Assembly (NCBI GenBank): GCA_963771935.1
Contig: CAVYVK010000011.1
Coordinates: forward strand, 1,302,127-1,366,126
Source: an uncultured Planctomycetaceae bacterium
Lineage (GTDB): Bacteria; Planctomycetota; Planctomycetia; Gemmatales; Gemmataceae
Direction of reading: 5' to 3'
Length of the DNA stretch: 64,000 nucleotides
Shown piece after piece: positions 1 to 8,568 of the stretch. The notes beneath the pieces are model-generated. The model was given only the letters and a program-made list of their open reading frames with translations. It was not told where the DNA came from and did no database searches. How positions within the stretch are numbered: the first letter of the stretch is position 1; the number at the start of each line of letters is the position of its first letter. The translations under genes and the position numbers were made by a program.

Positions 1-90
1 GATATACGGGGCGACAAAGCGTTTGATCGCCCGCGGCGAACGGGTGCGCGTGAAGTCGATCCACAGGCTGGCATCGATCAGGGTGGGCAT
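1..90 (-). CDS. vapC: PIN-domain toxin VapC, N-terminal 30 codons only (gene runs off window start)
   Basis: The reverse strand from 90 reads MPTLIDASLWIDFTRTRSPRAIKRFVAPYI, a canonical PIN N-terminus with the first acidic residue in LIDAS. The start overlaps the upstream antitoxin ORF by 13 nt. Confidence 0.7.
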   Translation of the reverse strand, partial: MPTLIDASLWIDFTRTRSPRAIKRFVAPYI

Positions 91-332
91 CCGTCCCTCC
101 AGCATTGCTCATCCTGACCGTCGGCCTGCTGGTCCGCCGCCTGCCCCGCCTCGAAGCTCTTCAACTCCACGCCCCATTCGCCGTCGATGAATTTCTTCGC
201 CAGATTCTCTCGGCGTTTCAGCATCAGCGCGTCCGTCACCAGCTTGCGAATCGCCGGACCTTTCTTGCTCTCGCCGGTCACGCGGCAGATTTCCTTGATC
301 TCGGAATCAGGGATTTCAACGGTGATTTTCAT
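78..332 (-). CDS. VapB/DUF2191-like type II antitoxin
   Basis: 84-aa ORF MKITVEIPDSEIKEICRVTGESKKGPAIRKLVTDAL... It is small, lies directly upstream of the PIN gene and overlaps it. Confidence 0.65.
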   Translation of the reverse strand: MKITVEIPDSEIKEICRVTGESKKGPAIRKLVTDALMLKRRENLAKKFIDGEWGVELKSFEAGQAADQQADGQDEQCWRDGCPP

Positions 333-338
333 ACAATC

Positions 339-367
339 AGGCTACCGGAGTAGGATTGGTTCGTCAA
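339..367 (-). promoter_or_regulatory. Sigma70-like promoter positioned for a leaderless vapB transcript
   Basis: On the minus strand: TTGACG (362..367), a 17-nt spacer, TAGCCT (339..344), then 6 nt to the ATG at 332. Pattern match only. Confidence 0.35.
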
Positions 368-478
368 GCCGGGCGGCCGCATTGCAGGCGGAGCCTTTAG
401 CGCCTGCGGCTGTCCGTCTTTCGACAATACAAGGAGGCTTAAGATCATTGAATTGCTTGAATGCCCTATCTGTCGTCG

Positions 479-766
479 TCAGCGGGCAGCGGCATGATGC
501 CATCCCGCTTCCTGGGCCAGGAGGATATCGGCCACACGCTCCGGCGTCAGTTCGTCTCGCGGCGACGCGGCTTGTTTGCACTCGATGAGCGGCAAGCCCG
601 TTTGCTTGTCCCTGGCGACGACGGGCGCCGCGGCAAACGTCACGTCCACGGCCAGGCCTTTGCGGAGCAAGTCGGCCACCGCATCCTTGAGCTTCTGCCC
701 ATCCCGGAGGGCGCGGAGTTTCACTTGCTTGACCAGCGCGTCGGGGAGGTCGAGGGTCGTCTTCAT
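479..766 (-). CDS. Orphan VapB-type antitoxin (no cognate toxin downstream)
   Basis: Internal Met of ORF 479..814 gives MKTTLDLPDALVKQVKLRALRDGQKLKDAVADLLRKGL..., a typical antitoxin N-terminus. The 145 nt downstream (333..478) has no PIN-like frame. Confidence 0.55.
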   Translation of the reverse strand: MKTTLDLPDALVKQVKLRALRDGQKLKDAVADLLRKGLAVDVTFAAAPVVARDKQTGLPLIECKQAASPRDELTPERVADILLAQEAGWHHAAAR

Positions 767-772
767 GCAGCC

Positions 773-801
773 ATATTGCTGGTTTTCCAGCTTTCTGTCG
801 A
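773..801 (-). promoter_or_regulatory. Sigma70-like promoter positioned for a leaderless antitoxin transcript
   Basis: On the minus strand: TCGACA (796..801), a 17-nt spacer, CAATAT (773..778), then 6 nt to the ATG at 766. Pattern match only. Confidence 0.3.
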
Positions 802-977
802 GATCCGACCCCACTGATCTTTCGGCGCAAGGTGCAAAGCATTTTGAGGGGGCGGAGGGTACAATAGACGGCGCGACGGTCGAATTACAGGAGTTAAGCG
901 ATGGTCATCACACTTCCCCCGCAGTTGGAGGCGGTTCTGAGCGAGCAGGCCCGGCGGCGCGGCCTGACCCCGGAGGT

Positions 978-1962
978 TGCTCTGTTGAAATCCTCTAACC
1001 TGTAGCGGCGAGGAGCATGAGGTTGTGGGTGAGTACCCGCAGGTAGCACTCGTGTTCGCGCGACGCATCCGACTTGCCCCGCAGCGCCGAGCCGAGCAGC
1101 CGCTTGTGTCGGGAGAAGGCGCTCTCCGCCTGCCAGCGCTGCCCGTAGACGCGCTTGTGCCGGCTGCCCCGCGGCTTCTTGCGGAACCGCTTGACCATCT
1201 GCCGCCGGTAGCGAGTCTTGGGCCACTTCCGCCCCCCGTTCCGCCGGTTGATCGGGATCACCGTCGAGCGGACGCCCAAGTCCTCCCGGCAGTAGCGGTG
1301 GCTCTCCTCGCCGTCGAACGCCGCGTCGCCGAGCACCCGGTCGTAGCCGACCGCCAGCGACGCCTGGGCCATGAGAGGGCGGAACTGCGGCGCGTCGTTG
1401 GCGGGGCCGAGGCTGACCGTGGCTGCGGTGAAGAAGTGGCTGGCCGTGTCGCAGGCCACGGCCAACTTGGTCCACAGCCTGGAGTTGTGTTTACGGCCGG
1501 CCCGCTTGAAAAAGTAGCGGGACGTGTGGCGGCTCTCCATGCCGGTGGCGTCGATGGCGGCCGTCGGCTTCGCGCCGATCAACCCGCCTTCCTGTGGCGC
1601 ACGGTGGCGCGGAAGAGGAGTACGACGAACGCCCCTTTTTTAGCAGCCGCTTGGCGGCATAGCAGAGGGTCGAGTAGTGGGGCGCCGCGGCCAGGCCGAG
1701 ATCCTCGCGCAACTCGGCGAAGTCGGCCAGCAACCGGACGACGCCCCGGTAGTCGGTCTTGAAGAAGGTCTTCAGGGCCAGGGCGGCGAATAGTTGGTGC
1801 TGGGTGAAGTCCTTGCGGGAGAACTTCGACGAATAGGCGGGCAGAACCTCCCGCGCCAGGCGCAGCGCCTCTTGGGCCACGGCCCGAGGCGACTTGGTCA
1901 TCGGTCTGCTGGTGTTCATAATACCATTATACGCCCGCCCCGCCAAGGATTTCAACAGAGCA
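978..1962 (-). mobile_element. IS5-family insertion sequence, IS903-like (985 bp)
   Basis: The 16-bp terminal inverted repeat TGCTCTGTTGAAATCC at 978..993 has its exact reverse complement at 1947..1962. A 9-bp direct repeat CCCGGAGGT flanks it at 969..977 and 1963..1971. From memory, the size, the 9-bp duplication and the approx 308-aa transposase fit the IS903 group. Confidence 0.85.
995..1919 (-). CDS. DDE transposase (IS4/IS5 superfamily), split into two frames as assembled
   Basis: ORFs 1491..1955 (...HYSTLCYAAKRLLKKG) and 995..1582 (...AIDATGMESRHTSRYFFKRAG...AAFDGEESHRYCRE...GQRWQAESAFSRHKR) carry the sequence. The second frame is open from the A6 run (T6 on + at 1636..1641). Removing one A fuses them into about 308 aa. 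Confidence 0.8.
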
Positions 1963-2124
1963 CCCGGAGGTCTTAGCCCTCGACGCCTTGCGGGAGCGCT
2001 TCCTCCCGGAGTCCGCCCCTCTAGAGCCGCGCGACGAGTGGGAGCGGCGACTGCTCGGGCTGGCGATCGACTGCGGCGTGTCCCTGTCCGACGAGGCGCT
2101 CAGTCGTGAAGAAATGTACGAGTA

Positions 2125-2205
2125 ATGGCCTATTTGATCGACACGAATGTGTTCGTGCGGCTTGCGAATGCGGCCCACGGTTTCCCGAAATGGACTTGCG
2201 TTCTC
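2125..2205 (+). pseudogene. 5' relic of a PIN (VapC) toxin gene
   Basis: MAYLIDTNVFVRLANAAH matches the PIN N-terminal motif and is start/stop-coupled to the split antitoxin. PIN-like sequence stops after about 20-27 codons and runs in frame into unrelated sequence. Confidence 0.5.
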
Positions 2206-3177
2206 ATGGCCGACTCCGCGAAACCTTCCGACGTCACGCTATCGCCTGGGCAGGCGAGGGACGAGGTGATTACGGCAACGCCGGTCGCCTGCCAGGAAAT
2301 TAACAAGTTCTCGGAAAAGGTGTTCAAGACTCGCGGCGGCCGGATGGGAAGCGGCATGGGCGTCCTTCTGGAAGCACTCTGGGCTTTTTTCGTCGATCAA
2401 GGCCGCCCGGCGCGAGTCGCCGGCAACGAAGGTTGGGAAATCGCCTGGCTGCCAGACAACGAATACAACGATTTCGCCTGCGTCCAGTGCGACAAACCGT
2501 GGGAACCAGCCACAAAAAGGGGGGAATTTTTCCGAGTCGAAGCCAAGTCGATGAACAAGGACGCCGATGAATCGAAAGGACATTTCGACGAACTGCAAGA
2601 TAACCTCGCCGAGTCGGATCTGCTCCTCGTATTGATTTGGTCGTGGAAGTCGATCGACCGCGGCCGGGTCTGTCCGATCATCGTGGATCAGTTCATCGAC
2701 TCCGCGAAATCGGTTGCCGATCTGCGGGATAAACTGCACATCGCCCGCGGCGGCACATTCGTCCGTAGTCATAATTGTCCGGACGGGTGTGATCCAGCGA
2801 CATGTAGGCATCACGGGGAACCTTTAAACTCGAAAGGCAATCGAGAAAGGTCTTCCGGCCCGGAATCGTGCCGGTCCAAGAAGTCGCCGAGTCAGTCGAA
2901 CTTCGGCGGACTTATGCGAATGCTCCATACTTCCTCGGCGGAAGCCCGGAAAGTATTCGGGAAGGCGCGGGCGTCGGACGACGCAGCGTACGCTTTCATT
3001 TCTTTCATGCACAGGAATTTTCCGTCCCAAGAGGAAAACCGCTACCTGGTCCAAGACTGGAAGGACGCCGCGGCGATCCTGGGCATACCTGTGGACGGCC
3101 TCTCGAAGGAAAAAATCGTGGCAAGAGTCCGTGAATTCGCGGGATACATGGATGTGCTGCGGCGGCTATCAGAATAG
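2206..3177 (+). CDS. Candidate PD-(D/E)xK restriction endonuclease of the adjacent M/S pair (start uncertain; ORF open from 2125)
   Basis: LPDNEYNDF...FFRVEAKSM fits PD...ExK. A Cys/His cluster CPDGCDPATCRHH is present. The gene is convergent with the S-subunit gene and overlaps it by 9 nt. GC is lower than the flanks by eye. Confidence 0.45.
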   Translation: MADSAKPSDVTLSPGQARDEVITATPVACQEINKFSEKVFKTRGGRMGSGMGVLLEALWAFFVDQGRPARVAGNEGWEIAWLPDNEYNDFACVQCDKPWEPATKRGEFFRVEAKSMNKDADESKGHFDELQDNLAESDLLLVLIWSWKSIDRGRVCPIIVDQFIDSAKSVADLRDKLHIARGGTFVRSHNCPDGCDPATCRHHGEPLNSKGNRERSSGPESCRSKKSPSQSNFGGLMRMLHTSSAEARKVFGKARASDDAAYAFISFMHRNFPSQEENRYLVQDWKDAAAILGIPVDGLSKEKIVARVREFAGYMDVLRRLSE

Positions 3178-3978
3178 TTCCTTTTCTTTCCCCGCAGGCC
3201 GCCCCCTGCCCCTTGTCGAGACCACGACCCCCTCGGGCAATACTATCGTGTCGAAACAGAGCCGTCTGGGCTGGGGTGCTCGGCCGAAGATCAATTCCGT
3301 ACCTCCCTCCAAGGCGGAAACGAGCGCGTCAAGGTCTGCGGCAGGGCCTTCTCGAAGCTCGGCCGAGAGCTGTCGCCGCCTGACGACTTGGCCGATCAGA
3401 AGTGCTTCATACTCCCGCTGGACGTCGAGCGGCGGCAGAGGAATTTTGATTCCCAGCAGGTCGTCCAGCGCCAGGCGCGGCAGGGCGGAGCCGCTGGTCA
3501 TGCCCTTGACCGCATCCTGCACGTAGCGGGATGCGAGCAGTGAACGCGCGAAGTGCGGCAGGACTTTCCGCGCCTCGGGAATCAGGACATAGAATTCGCC
3601 CGAGCAAATGCCCTCCGCGACCTCGCCGTCCGCGACATAGACCTTGTTCAGCGCGGGTCGCAGTCGGCCGTAGAGTACATCGCCGTGGCGAAAGACCTTG
3701 CAGCGGGAAAGAACCTCCTGCCCTTTACACGGTTCGTACCCATCGGCCAAGTCGCCGGTCACGGATTGGACGTGTTCCAGGCCAAGATAATGGAAGACAT
3801 GGTCGGGGTGCTGCTGCGGTTCAAGGAACTCGCGCCGATCCGCCAGAACTTCTCCTAGCGGGGCCAGCGGATAGGCCGTGGACTTGGCCCCGTCGGGGTT
3901 CGAGAGAAAAAACTCAACTTTCCAGCGCCCCTGGGCGACGAGTGCTGAGAAGGGCAACACCTTGGTCAACATTACCAC
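3169..3978 (-). CDS. Restriction-modification specificity subunit, half-size HsdS-like (single target recognition domain)
   Basis: 269 aa, with the conserved HsdS central/C-terminal helix motif IKIPLPPLDVQREYEALL. It lies immediately downstream of the methylase gene and overlaps it. Confidence 0.8.
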   Translation of the reverse strand: MVMLTKVLPFSALVAQGRWKVEFFLSNPDGAKSTAYPLAPLGEVLADRREFLEPQQHPDHVFHYLGLEHVQSVTGDLADGYEPCKGQEVLSRCKVFRHGDVLYGRLRPALNKVYVADGEVAEGICSGEFYVLIPEARKVLPHFARSLLASRYVQDAVKGMTSGSALPRLALDDLLGIKIPLPPLDVQREYEALLIGQVVRRRQLSAELREGPAADLDALVSALEGGTELIFGRAPQPRRLCFDTIVLPEGVVVSTRGRGRPAGKEKELF

Positions 3979-5713
3979 CCCTCCGCCGAAGGAATTGCTC
4001 GACGCGGGCGGCGACGGCCGGGAGTTCCGAATCCACCCGCGGGCGGCCGGAGGCGTCGTAGCCGACGTTATCGACTCGGACCAAATGCACGTTGTAATCA
4101 GTCGCCCGTTTTTCCCCGCTCTTCCATTTGCGGGCGAACAGGATGCTCGTCTTGATGTTGGCGCCGAACGGCGAAAACGTCTCGACAGGTAGGCTGACGA
4201 CGGCCCGAATTTTCAGGTGGTCGGCGAGCCAGCCCCGAACATAGTCGCCGTTGTGGTTGGCGAGCAGGCCATCGGGCAAAACGATCCCGAGCCTACCGCC
4301 GGGCCGGAGGAACTGGACGCAGCGCTCCAGGCCAAGAACCTCAAGCGGCATGTTTTTTTTGGCCGCGGCCAGGGTGAACTTTCCCAGGCGTCCCACGGCT
4401 TCCGGCCCGAGTAGGCATCCGAACGGCGGATTGGTCAGGACGACGTCGAACGATTCCGGTCGGATGTCCGGGTAATTGAGGAAGTCGAGCAGTGCGTCTG
4501 TGCAACGAATATTGCTGTGGCCGTCGCCGTGCAGACGCATGTCCGTCATGGCCACACGAACCATGCGGTCGCTCTTCTCGATGCCATGCAGCTTGTGAAA
4601 GGCAAACTCATCGACGCGCTTTTCATCGGCCTTTTTCGATCCCGCCCGGACGGCGTCGAGCGATTGAGTCAGGAAGTGCCCCGAGCCTGAGAACGGATCG
4701 AGCACCAAGTCGGCGACGCTCGGCCTGACGACATCGACCATGAGCCGGATGACTTCAAGCGGCGTGAAGTACTGCCCCATGCCCGCACGAACCGCTGGCG
4801 CGAGTACGCGCTGAAACGCCCTCCCCTTCACGTCGATGCTCGACCGCGTCAGCCAATAGGATTCGATGGTTTGGACGACCTTGAACAGCGCCGGACTTGA
4901 GAGGCGGATCGGGGAGTTGAAGACCCCGCGGGATCGGTCGTAGCCGGGCACCTTGAGCGAGAAGACGCGTACGTCGTACTCGTTGGCGTCCCGGTAGACG
5001 CGCCGAACCGTTGCGGCGGATTCTTCGACCGTTCCGGCGAGGCCGCGCTGTAGGGTATAGGCGTCGCCTGGCGCCGTAATTTCTTCGTCAAACAGCTTGG
5101 CATAGAGGACTTTGCAGAGTTCGTCGAGAGCTTCGTCCGCGTGCAGGCCGTCGATGTCGCGGATATGGCTGTGGGCTTCAAAGAATACATCCTCCAGCGA
5201 TTCCGATATGGGTTCCAGTTCATGGCCGAGTTTGACGCTTCCTCCAGGGGCGCGGAAAGAGCCTAATAGATCTGGGGTGTGGCCAAGGTTAAATGGTTCC
5301 AGGTCGGGAACAAAATCGGATTCCTCGGAATTGCTCCGCTGGCGGAGAACGCGGGTTCCTTCGACAGTCCCATCGGTGCTGACGCCGAGGCGCGAGAAGG
5401 GCGCCGAGCGAAGGATTTCGCGGAGACGACCCTCGGCCTCCGCCGCATCGGCCGGCTCGATCGAAAACCAAAGAAACGGATCGTCTTTGACGGTGAGCAG
5501 GCTGAAGCCAAAGAACCCTTCTGGGACGCCCATGACCTCATCGCGGTCGATAAGTTGAAGCCTTTGCTTGAGCCAAGCGGCCGGGTAGAAATAGCTCTCC
5601 ATGAGTTCGGACAAAAGCCATTGACGGATCGGTTCGCGATTATTTTCGGCGGCCTTACGCCCTGCACCGAACCCGTGCATCGTCCGGATTTCGTGGAATG
5701 GTTTAAGTCTCAT
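3914..5713 (-). CDS. N6-adenine DNA methyltransferase, HsdM-like (gamma class)
   Basis: 599 aa. The SAM motif VLDPFSGSGHFL is followed by the catalytic VLTNPPFG. The helix DELCKVLYAKLFDEE is typical of N-6 DNA methylase N-domains. Confidence 0.85.
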   Translation of the reverse strand: MRLKPFHEIRTMHGFGAGRKAAENNREPIRQWLLSELMESYFYPAAWLKQRLQLIDRDEVMGVPEGFFGFSLLTVKDDPFLWFSIEPADAAEAEGRLREILRSAPFSRLGVSTDGTVEGTRVLRQRSNSEESDFVPDLEPFNLGHTPDLLGSFRAPGGSVKLGHELEPISESLEDVFFEAHSHIRDIDGLHADEALDELCKVLYAKLFDEEITAPGDAYTLQRGLAGTVEESAATVRRVYRDANEYDVRVFSLKVPGYDRSRGVFNSPIRLSSPALFKVVQTIESYWLTRSSIDVKGRAFQRVLAPAVRAGMGQYFTPLEVIRLMVDVVRPSVADLVLDPFSGSGHFLTQSLDAVRAGSKKADEKRVDEFAFHKLHGIEKSDRMVRVAMTDMRLHGDGHSNIRCTDALLDFLNYPDIRPESFDVVLTNPPFGCLLGPEAVGRLGKFTLAAAKKNMPLEVLGLERCVQFLRPGGRLGIVLPDGLLANHNGDYVRGWLADHLKIRAVVSLPVETFSPFGANIKTSILFARKWKSGEKRATDYNVHLVRVDNVGYDASGRPRVDSELPAVAARVEQFLRRRGGNVDQGVALLSTRRPGALES

Positions 5714-5719
5714 CCCTAG

Positions 5720-5748
5720 AGACTAGAAAAACACAGACGAGCTGTCAA
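5720..5748 (-). promoter_or_regulatory. Sigma70-like promoter positioned for a leaderless methylase transcript
   Basis: On the minus strand: TTGACA (5743..5748), a 17-nt spacer, TAGTCT (5720..5725), then 6 nt to the ATG at 5713. It sits in an AT-richer stretch. Pattern match only. Confidence 0.35.
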
Positions 5749-6091
5749 GAACGAAAGGACGTATTGTCTCGATTTTTGTACCATAGACCAATGCAGACCT
5801 GCAACTTACCATTCCCAGTGAGGAGGGCCGGTGATTTGCGTCGCGTGCGGCTGTGGTCGCGGAACCGCTGTTCGATGGCCCCAATGACCTGGGCGACGTC
5901 GTCGGCGGAATCGCCGATCACTTGCCGCAGCCCGAAGCCGACCAACTGGGTGATGAGGGACACGGGGCGTTGCCTCCGCGCGTACCGTTGGAGAACTCTC
6001 CTGACTGTAAATGAGCGGGCGCGGGAAAGCAAGCAGTGGATCGGTGATGAGTTGGCGAATGTCGTCCCAACGAAGTGCGTCTATACCAATC

Positions 6092-6946
6092 CTAATACTC
6101 TGCCGTGCTGAAATCGTACCCTGCCACGGCCAGAAGCGCCGCCCCGGCCAGCGCCGACGCCAGCAGCGATAGGACCGGCGACCAGGCGCCATGAGCCACG
6201 ACGCGGCCCAGGCCCAGCGTCTGGGTCCAACCGCCGTGTATCCCATCGACCAGCGCCAGCTGGAAGTCCAGCGGCTTGGGCAGCACCCAGTAGGCGGCGT
6301 CAACGATCCAGCCGAATCCCGGCGAAACCGTGTGCGGCCCGAGAACGCCGATCGCCGCGTGACGGCCGAAATTCATGGCCCAGCAGAGCAGCCAGAACAG
6401 CACCGTCCCGAACGCGCACGCCGCCCCGTTCCGCGTGGCCGTGGCCAACATCGCGGAGAAGCCGAAGAAGACCGTGAAGTGCAGGACCATGAGCGGGGCG
6501 GACAGCAGATAGGCCGGGTCCCATGCCCCGGATCGCGCCGCCAGCGCCAGCCACGTCCCGCCGACGAGGACGCTCGCATGGAACGCCACGAAGGCGATCA
6601 CGCCCAGGCACTTGCCGGCCAACAGCAGCGGACGCGGCACGGGCTTGGCCAGCAGCACCGGCGCCGTGTGCGGGGCGAAAAACGCCGGCAGCATCCCCGC
6701 CGTCGCCGTCAGCGCCACGAGCAGCGCGGCGACGTGGACCACCCAGGCCGACAGCTGCTGTTCGACCGCACAGGCGTCGGCCGGGCCGCCCAGCGGCGCG
6801 ACGAGACAAGCGGCCACGCAAGCGGCGGAGCCGGCCAGCATCAGCCACGACGCCCCGGAGCGCAGCGCCTGCCGAAACGTATCGCGCACCAGCCAGCGCA
6901 GGGCGTGCCACAGGGCGAGCCGGGTCGCGTAGCGCCGGAGACGCAA
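6092..6946 (-). CDS. ABC-2 type transporter permease
   Basis: 284-aa polytopic membrane protein (LLAKPVPRPLLLAGKCLGVIAFVAFH..., AYWVLPKPLDF). It lies directly downstream of an ABC ATPase gene. The listed start is TTG; an ATGA stop/start overlap at 6953..6956 is in another frame, so a start-proximal indel is possible. Confidence 0.75.
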   Translation of the reverse strand: MRLRRYATRLALWHALRWLVRDTFRQALRSGASWLMLAGSAACVAACLVAPLGGPADACAVEQQLSAWVVHVAALLVALTATAGMLPAFFAPHTAPVLLAKPVPRPLLLAGKCLGVIAFVAFHASVLVGGTWLALAARSGAWDPAYLLSAPLMVLHFTVFFGFSAMLATATRNGAACAFGTVLFWLLCWAMNFGRHAAIGVLGPHTVSPGFGWIVDAAYWVLPKPLDFQLALVDGIHGGWTQTLGLGRVVAHGAWSPVLSLLASALAGAALLAVAGYDFSTAEY

Positions 6947-6952
6947 CGACGG

Positions 6953-7757
6953 TCATTTCCGCTCTCCGATAGAGAATTGCTCCAGCGCCTGCTCCAGCGA
7001 CCGGCGGCTGTCCCGCGTCGGGTGGCGCAGGAACTCGCCCATCGGGCCGACGTGGGCCAGCCGGCCGCCCGTCATCACGCCGACGCGGTCGCACAGCTGT
7101 TCCACCTCAGCCAGCACGTGCGAAACCAGAAGGACGCGCCGCCGCGCTCGCGCACCTCCGTCACCGCCTCGCGCAGCAGCCGCCGGCCGTCGAGGTCCAA
7201 CCCCTCGGTCGGCTCGTCCAGCACCAGCAGCCGCGGCTCGTTGAGCAAGGCCTGCGCCAGGCCGAGCCGCTGCACCATCCCCTTGCTGAAGCGGGCGATC
7301 GGCTCGCGGCCGCGGTCGGCCAGACCGAAGCGCTTCAACAGCACCGGGACGCGCTCGCGCACCGCCTCCGGGGAAAGAAGGGCCAACGCACCGTAATACT
7401 CCAGAAGGTCCGACGCCGTCAGGTAATTCGGGAAAGCGTGGTTCTCGTGGACGTAGCCGACCCGCGCCAGGGTGGAACGGTCGGCGACCGGCGCCCCAGC
7501 CGCGTCGCCTCGCCGGATGTCGGCCGGCACAGCGACAACAGCACCTTGAGCAGCGTCGTCTTGCCGGCCCGGTTGGGGCCGATCAGGCCGAACACCTCTC
7601 CCGCGTCGAGACGCAGACTCACTTCACGCAGGGCCACGACCTTTCGGCCGCGGAACCAGGAGTGCGAGTACGTCTTCGAGACGCGAACCCACTCGGCCGC
7701 GGCGGTTCGCGCAGCTGCGGCGGATGAGGCCGGTGCGGTTTGAAGTTGCGTGGACAT
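6953..7757 (-). CDS. ABC transporter ATP-binding protein, two frameshifts as assembled
   Basis: Walker A GPNRAGKTT lies in ORF 7419..7757. The signature-like FSKGMVQRLGLAQALL and Walker B LLVLDEPTEGLD lie in ORF 7075..7530. The C-terminus VLLVSHVLAEVEQLCDRVGVMTGGRL...EQFSIGERK lies in a third frame ending at TGA 6953..6955. The first shift is at a G4 run near 7500. Confidence 0.8.
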
Positions 7758-8073
7758 GGCGGTTTCTCAAGGGGTCTGGAACGGCCTGGGCCAGGGGAAA
7801 CGCCCCGGAATTGATGGCAAGGGTAGCTTACGATTCAGGCCGGGGCAAACAGACGGCCGAGAATTCGGCCCGTGGAAGAAATCGCCCGGTCGCCGTTCCG
7901 CCCGCGCTCGGATTCTTTGCTCCTGCCTGGATTCCTGACCTATAGTTGGAACGAACGGCGGCGCGCGCCTGCCCCGTACCCCCTCCGTCCCCTCACGGCG
8001 GCCCGTCTTAGGCCGTGGCGGTTCCCGTAAATCGTCCCGAGGTCGTCTGCCAACCCAAACGGATGTTGCACCT

Positions 8074-8547
8074 ATGATCCAACTCATCCATCGACGGCAA
8101 GGGCGCCGGGCGGTCGCGGCGGTCGAGTTCGCGGCGGTGCTCCCGCTGATCCTGACCCTGCTGCTCGGCATCTGGGAAGTCGGCCGCCTCATCGAGATCC
8201 AGCAATTCCTCCACAACGCCACGCGCGAGGGCGCCCGGCAGGCCGCCACCGGGCAGCTGACCGACGCGCAGGTCAAGCAGGTCGTCATCCAGACCCTGGC
8301 GGCGGAGGGGCTGCCGACGACCGACGTCGTGGTGACCGTCAAGGACCTCACCACGCCCGCCAACGACGTGTCCGTAGCCAACTACCTGGACCAGATCCAG
8401 ATCACGGCCACCATCCCCTACGCGGACGTCCGGTTCAGTCTGATCACCCTGGTGACGACGCCCGGCCAGCTGATTACGTCGCAGGTGCTGTGGGTGACCA
8501 TGGTGGACAAGCCGTACCCAAGTTCTCCGACGCCTCCGCAGGGCTAG
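8074..8547 (+). CDS. TadE-like pilus assembly protein
   Basis: N-terminus RRAVAAVEFAAVLPLILTLLLGIWEVGRL is the TadE/TadG-type motif. 157 aa. Confidence 0.75.
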   Translation: MIQLIHRRQGRRAVAAVEFAAVLPLILTLLLGIWEVGRLIEIQQFLHNATREGARQAATGQLTDAQVKQVVIQTLAAEGLPTTDVVVTVKDLTTPANDVSVANYLDQIQITATIPYADVRFSLITLVTTPGQLITSQVLWVTMVDKPYPSSPTPPQG

Positions 8548-8568
8548 GTTCGCATCGTTCCCGATCGA

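Larger units (their letters stand above)
901..2125 (+). pseudogene. Antitoxin gene interrupted by an IS element (segments 901..977 and 1972..2125)
   Basis: Deleting 978..1971 (the IS plus one target-duplication copy) restores a 76-codon ORF MVITLPPQLEAVLSEQARRRGLTPEVLALDALRERFLPES...EALSREEMYE. Its TAA overlaps the ATG of a PIN-like start at 2125 (TAATG). Confidence 0.75.

Noticed and set aside
1630-1645. A_AAA_AAG heptamer in the transposase, read as a programmed -1 ribosomal frameshift site.
   Set aside because: The -1 frame closes after about 20 codons (…KKGAFVVLLFRATVRHRKAG-stop). The downstream transposase frame is +1 relative to the upstream one, and a single-base deletion in the A run restores it. 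A mutation or a sequencing indel is the simpler reading.
2125-3177. Reading the whole 350-aa ORF as one PIN-domain fusion protein.
   Set aside because: Only the first 20 or so residues are PIN-like. The remaining acidic PIN residues are absent, GC drops, and the rest carries a PD...ExK pattern. It is interpreted as a relic fused in frame to, or upstream of, an island gene.
5745-6032. 95-aa minus-strand ORF directly upstream of the methylase, considered as a controller (C) protein, an integrase fragment or the missing VapC C-terminus.
   Set aside because: It has no helix-turn-helix, recombinase or PIN motif. It has a TTG start and a mixed-quality sequence, and no frame of 5714..6091 shows a PIN C-terminus. 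Left unannotated.
7758-8073. Search for a small Flp-type pilin gene upstream of the TadE-like genes.
   Set aside because: No short ORF with the Flp G/(A,S)TAIEYGLI-type motif exists in any frame of this intergenic region.
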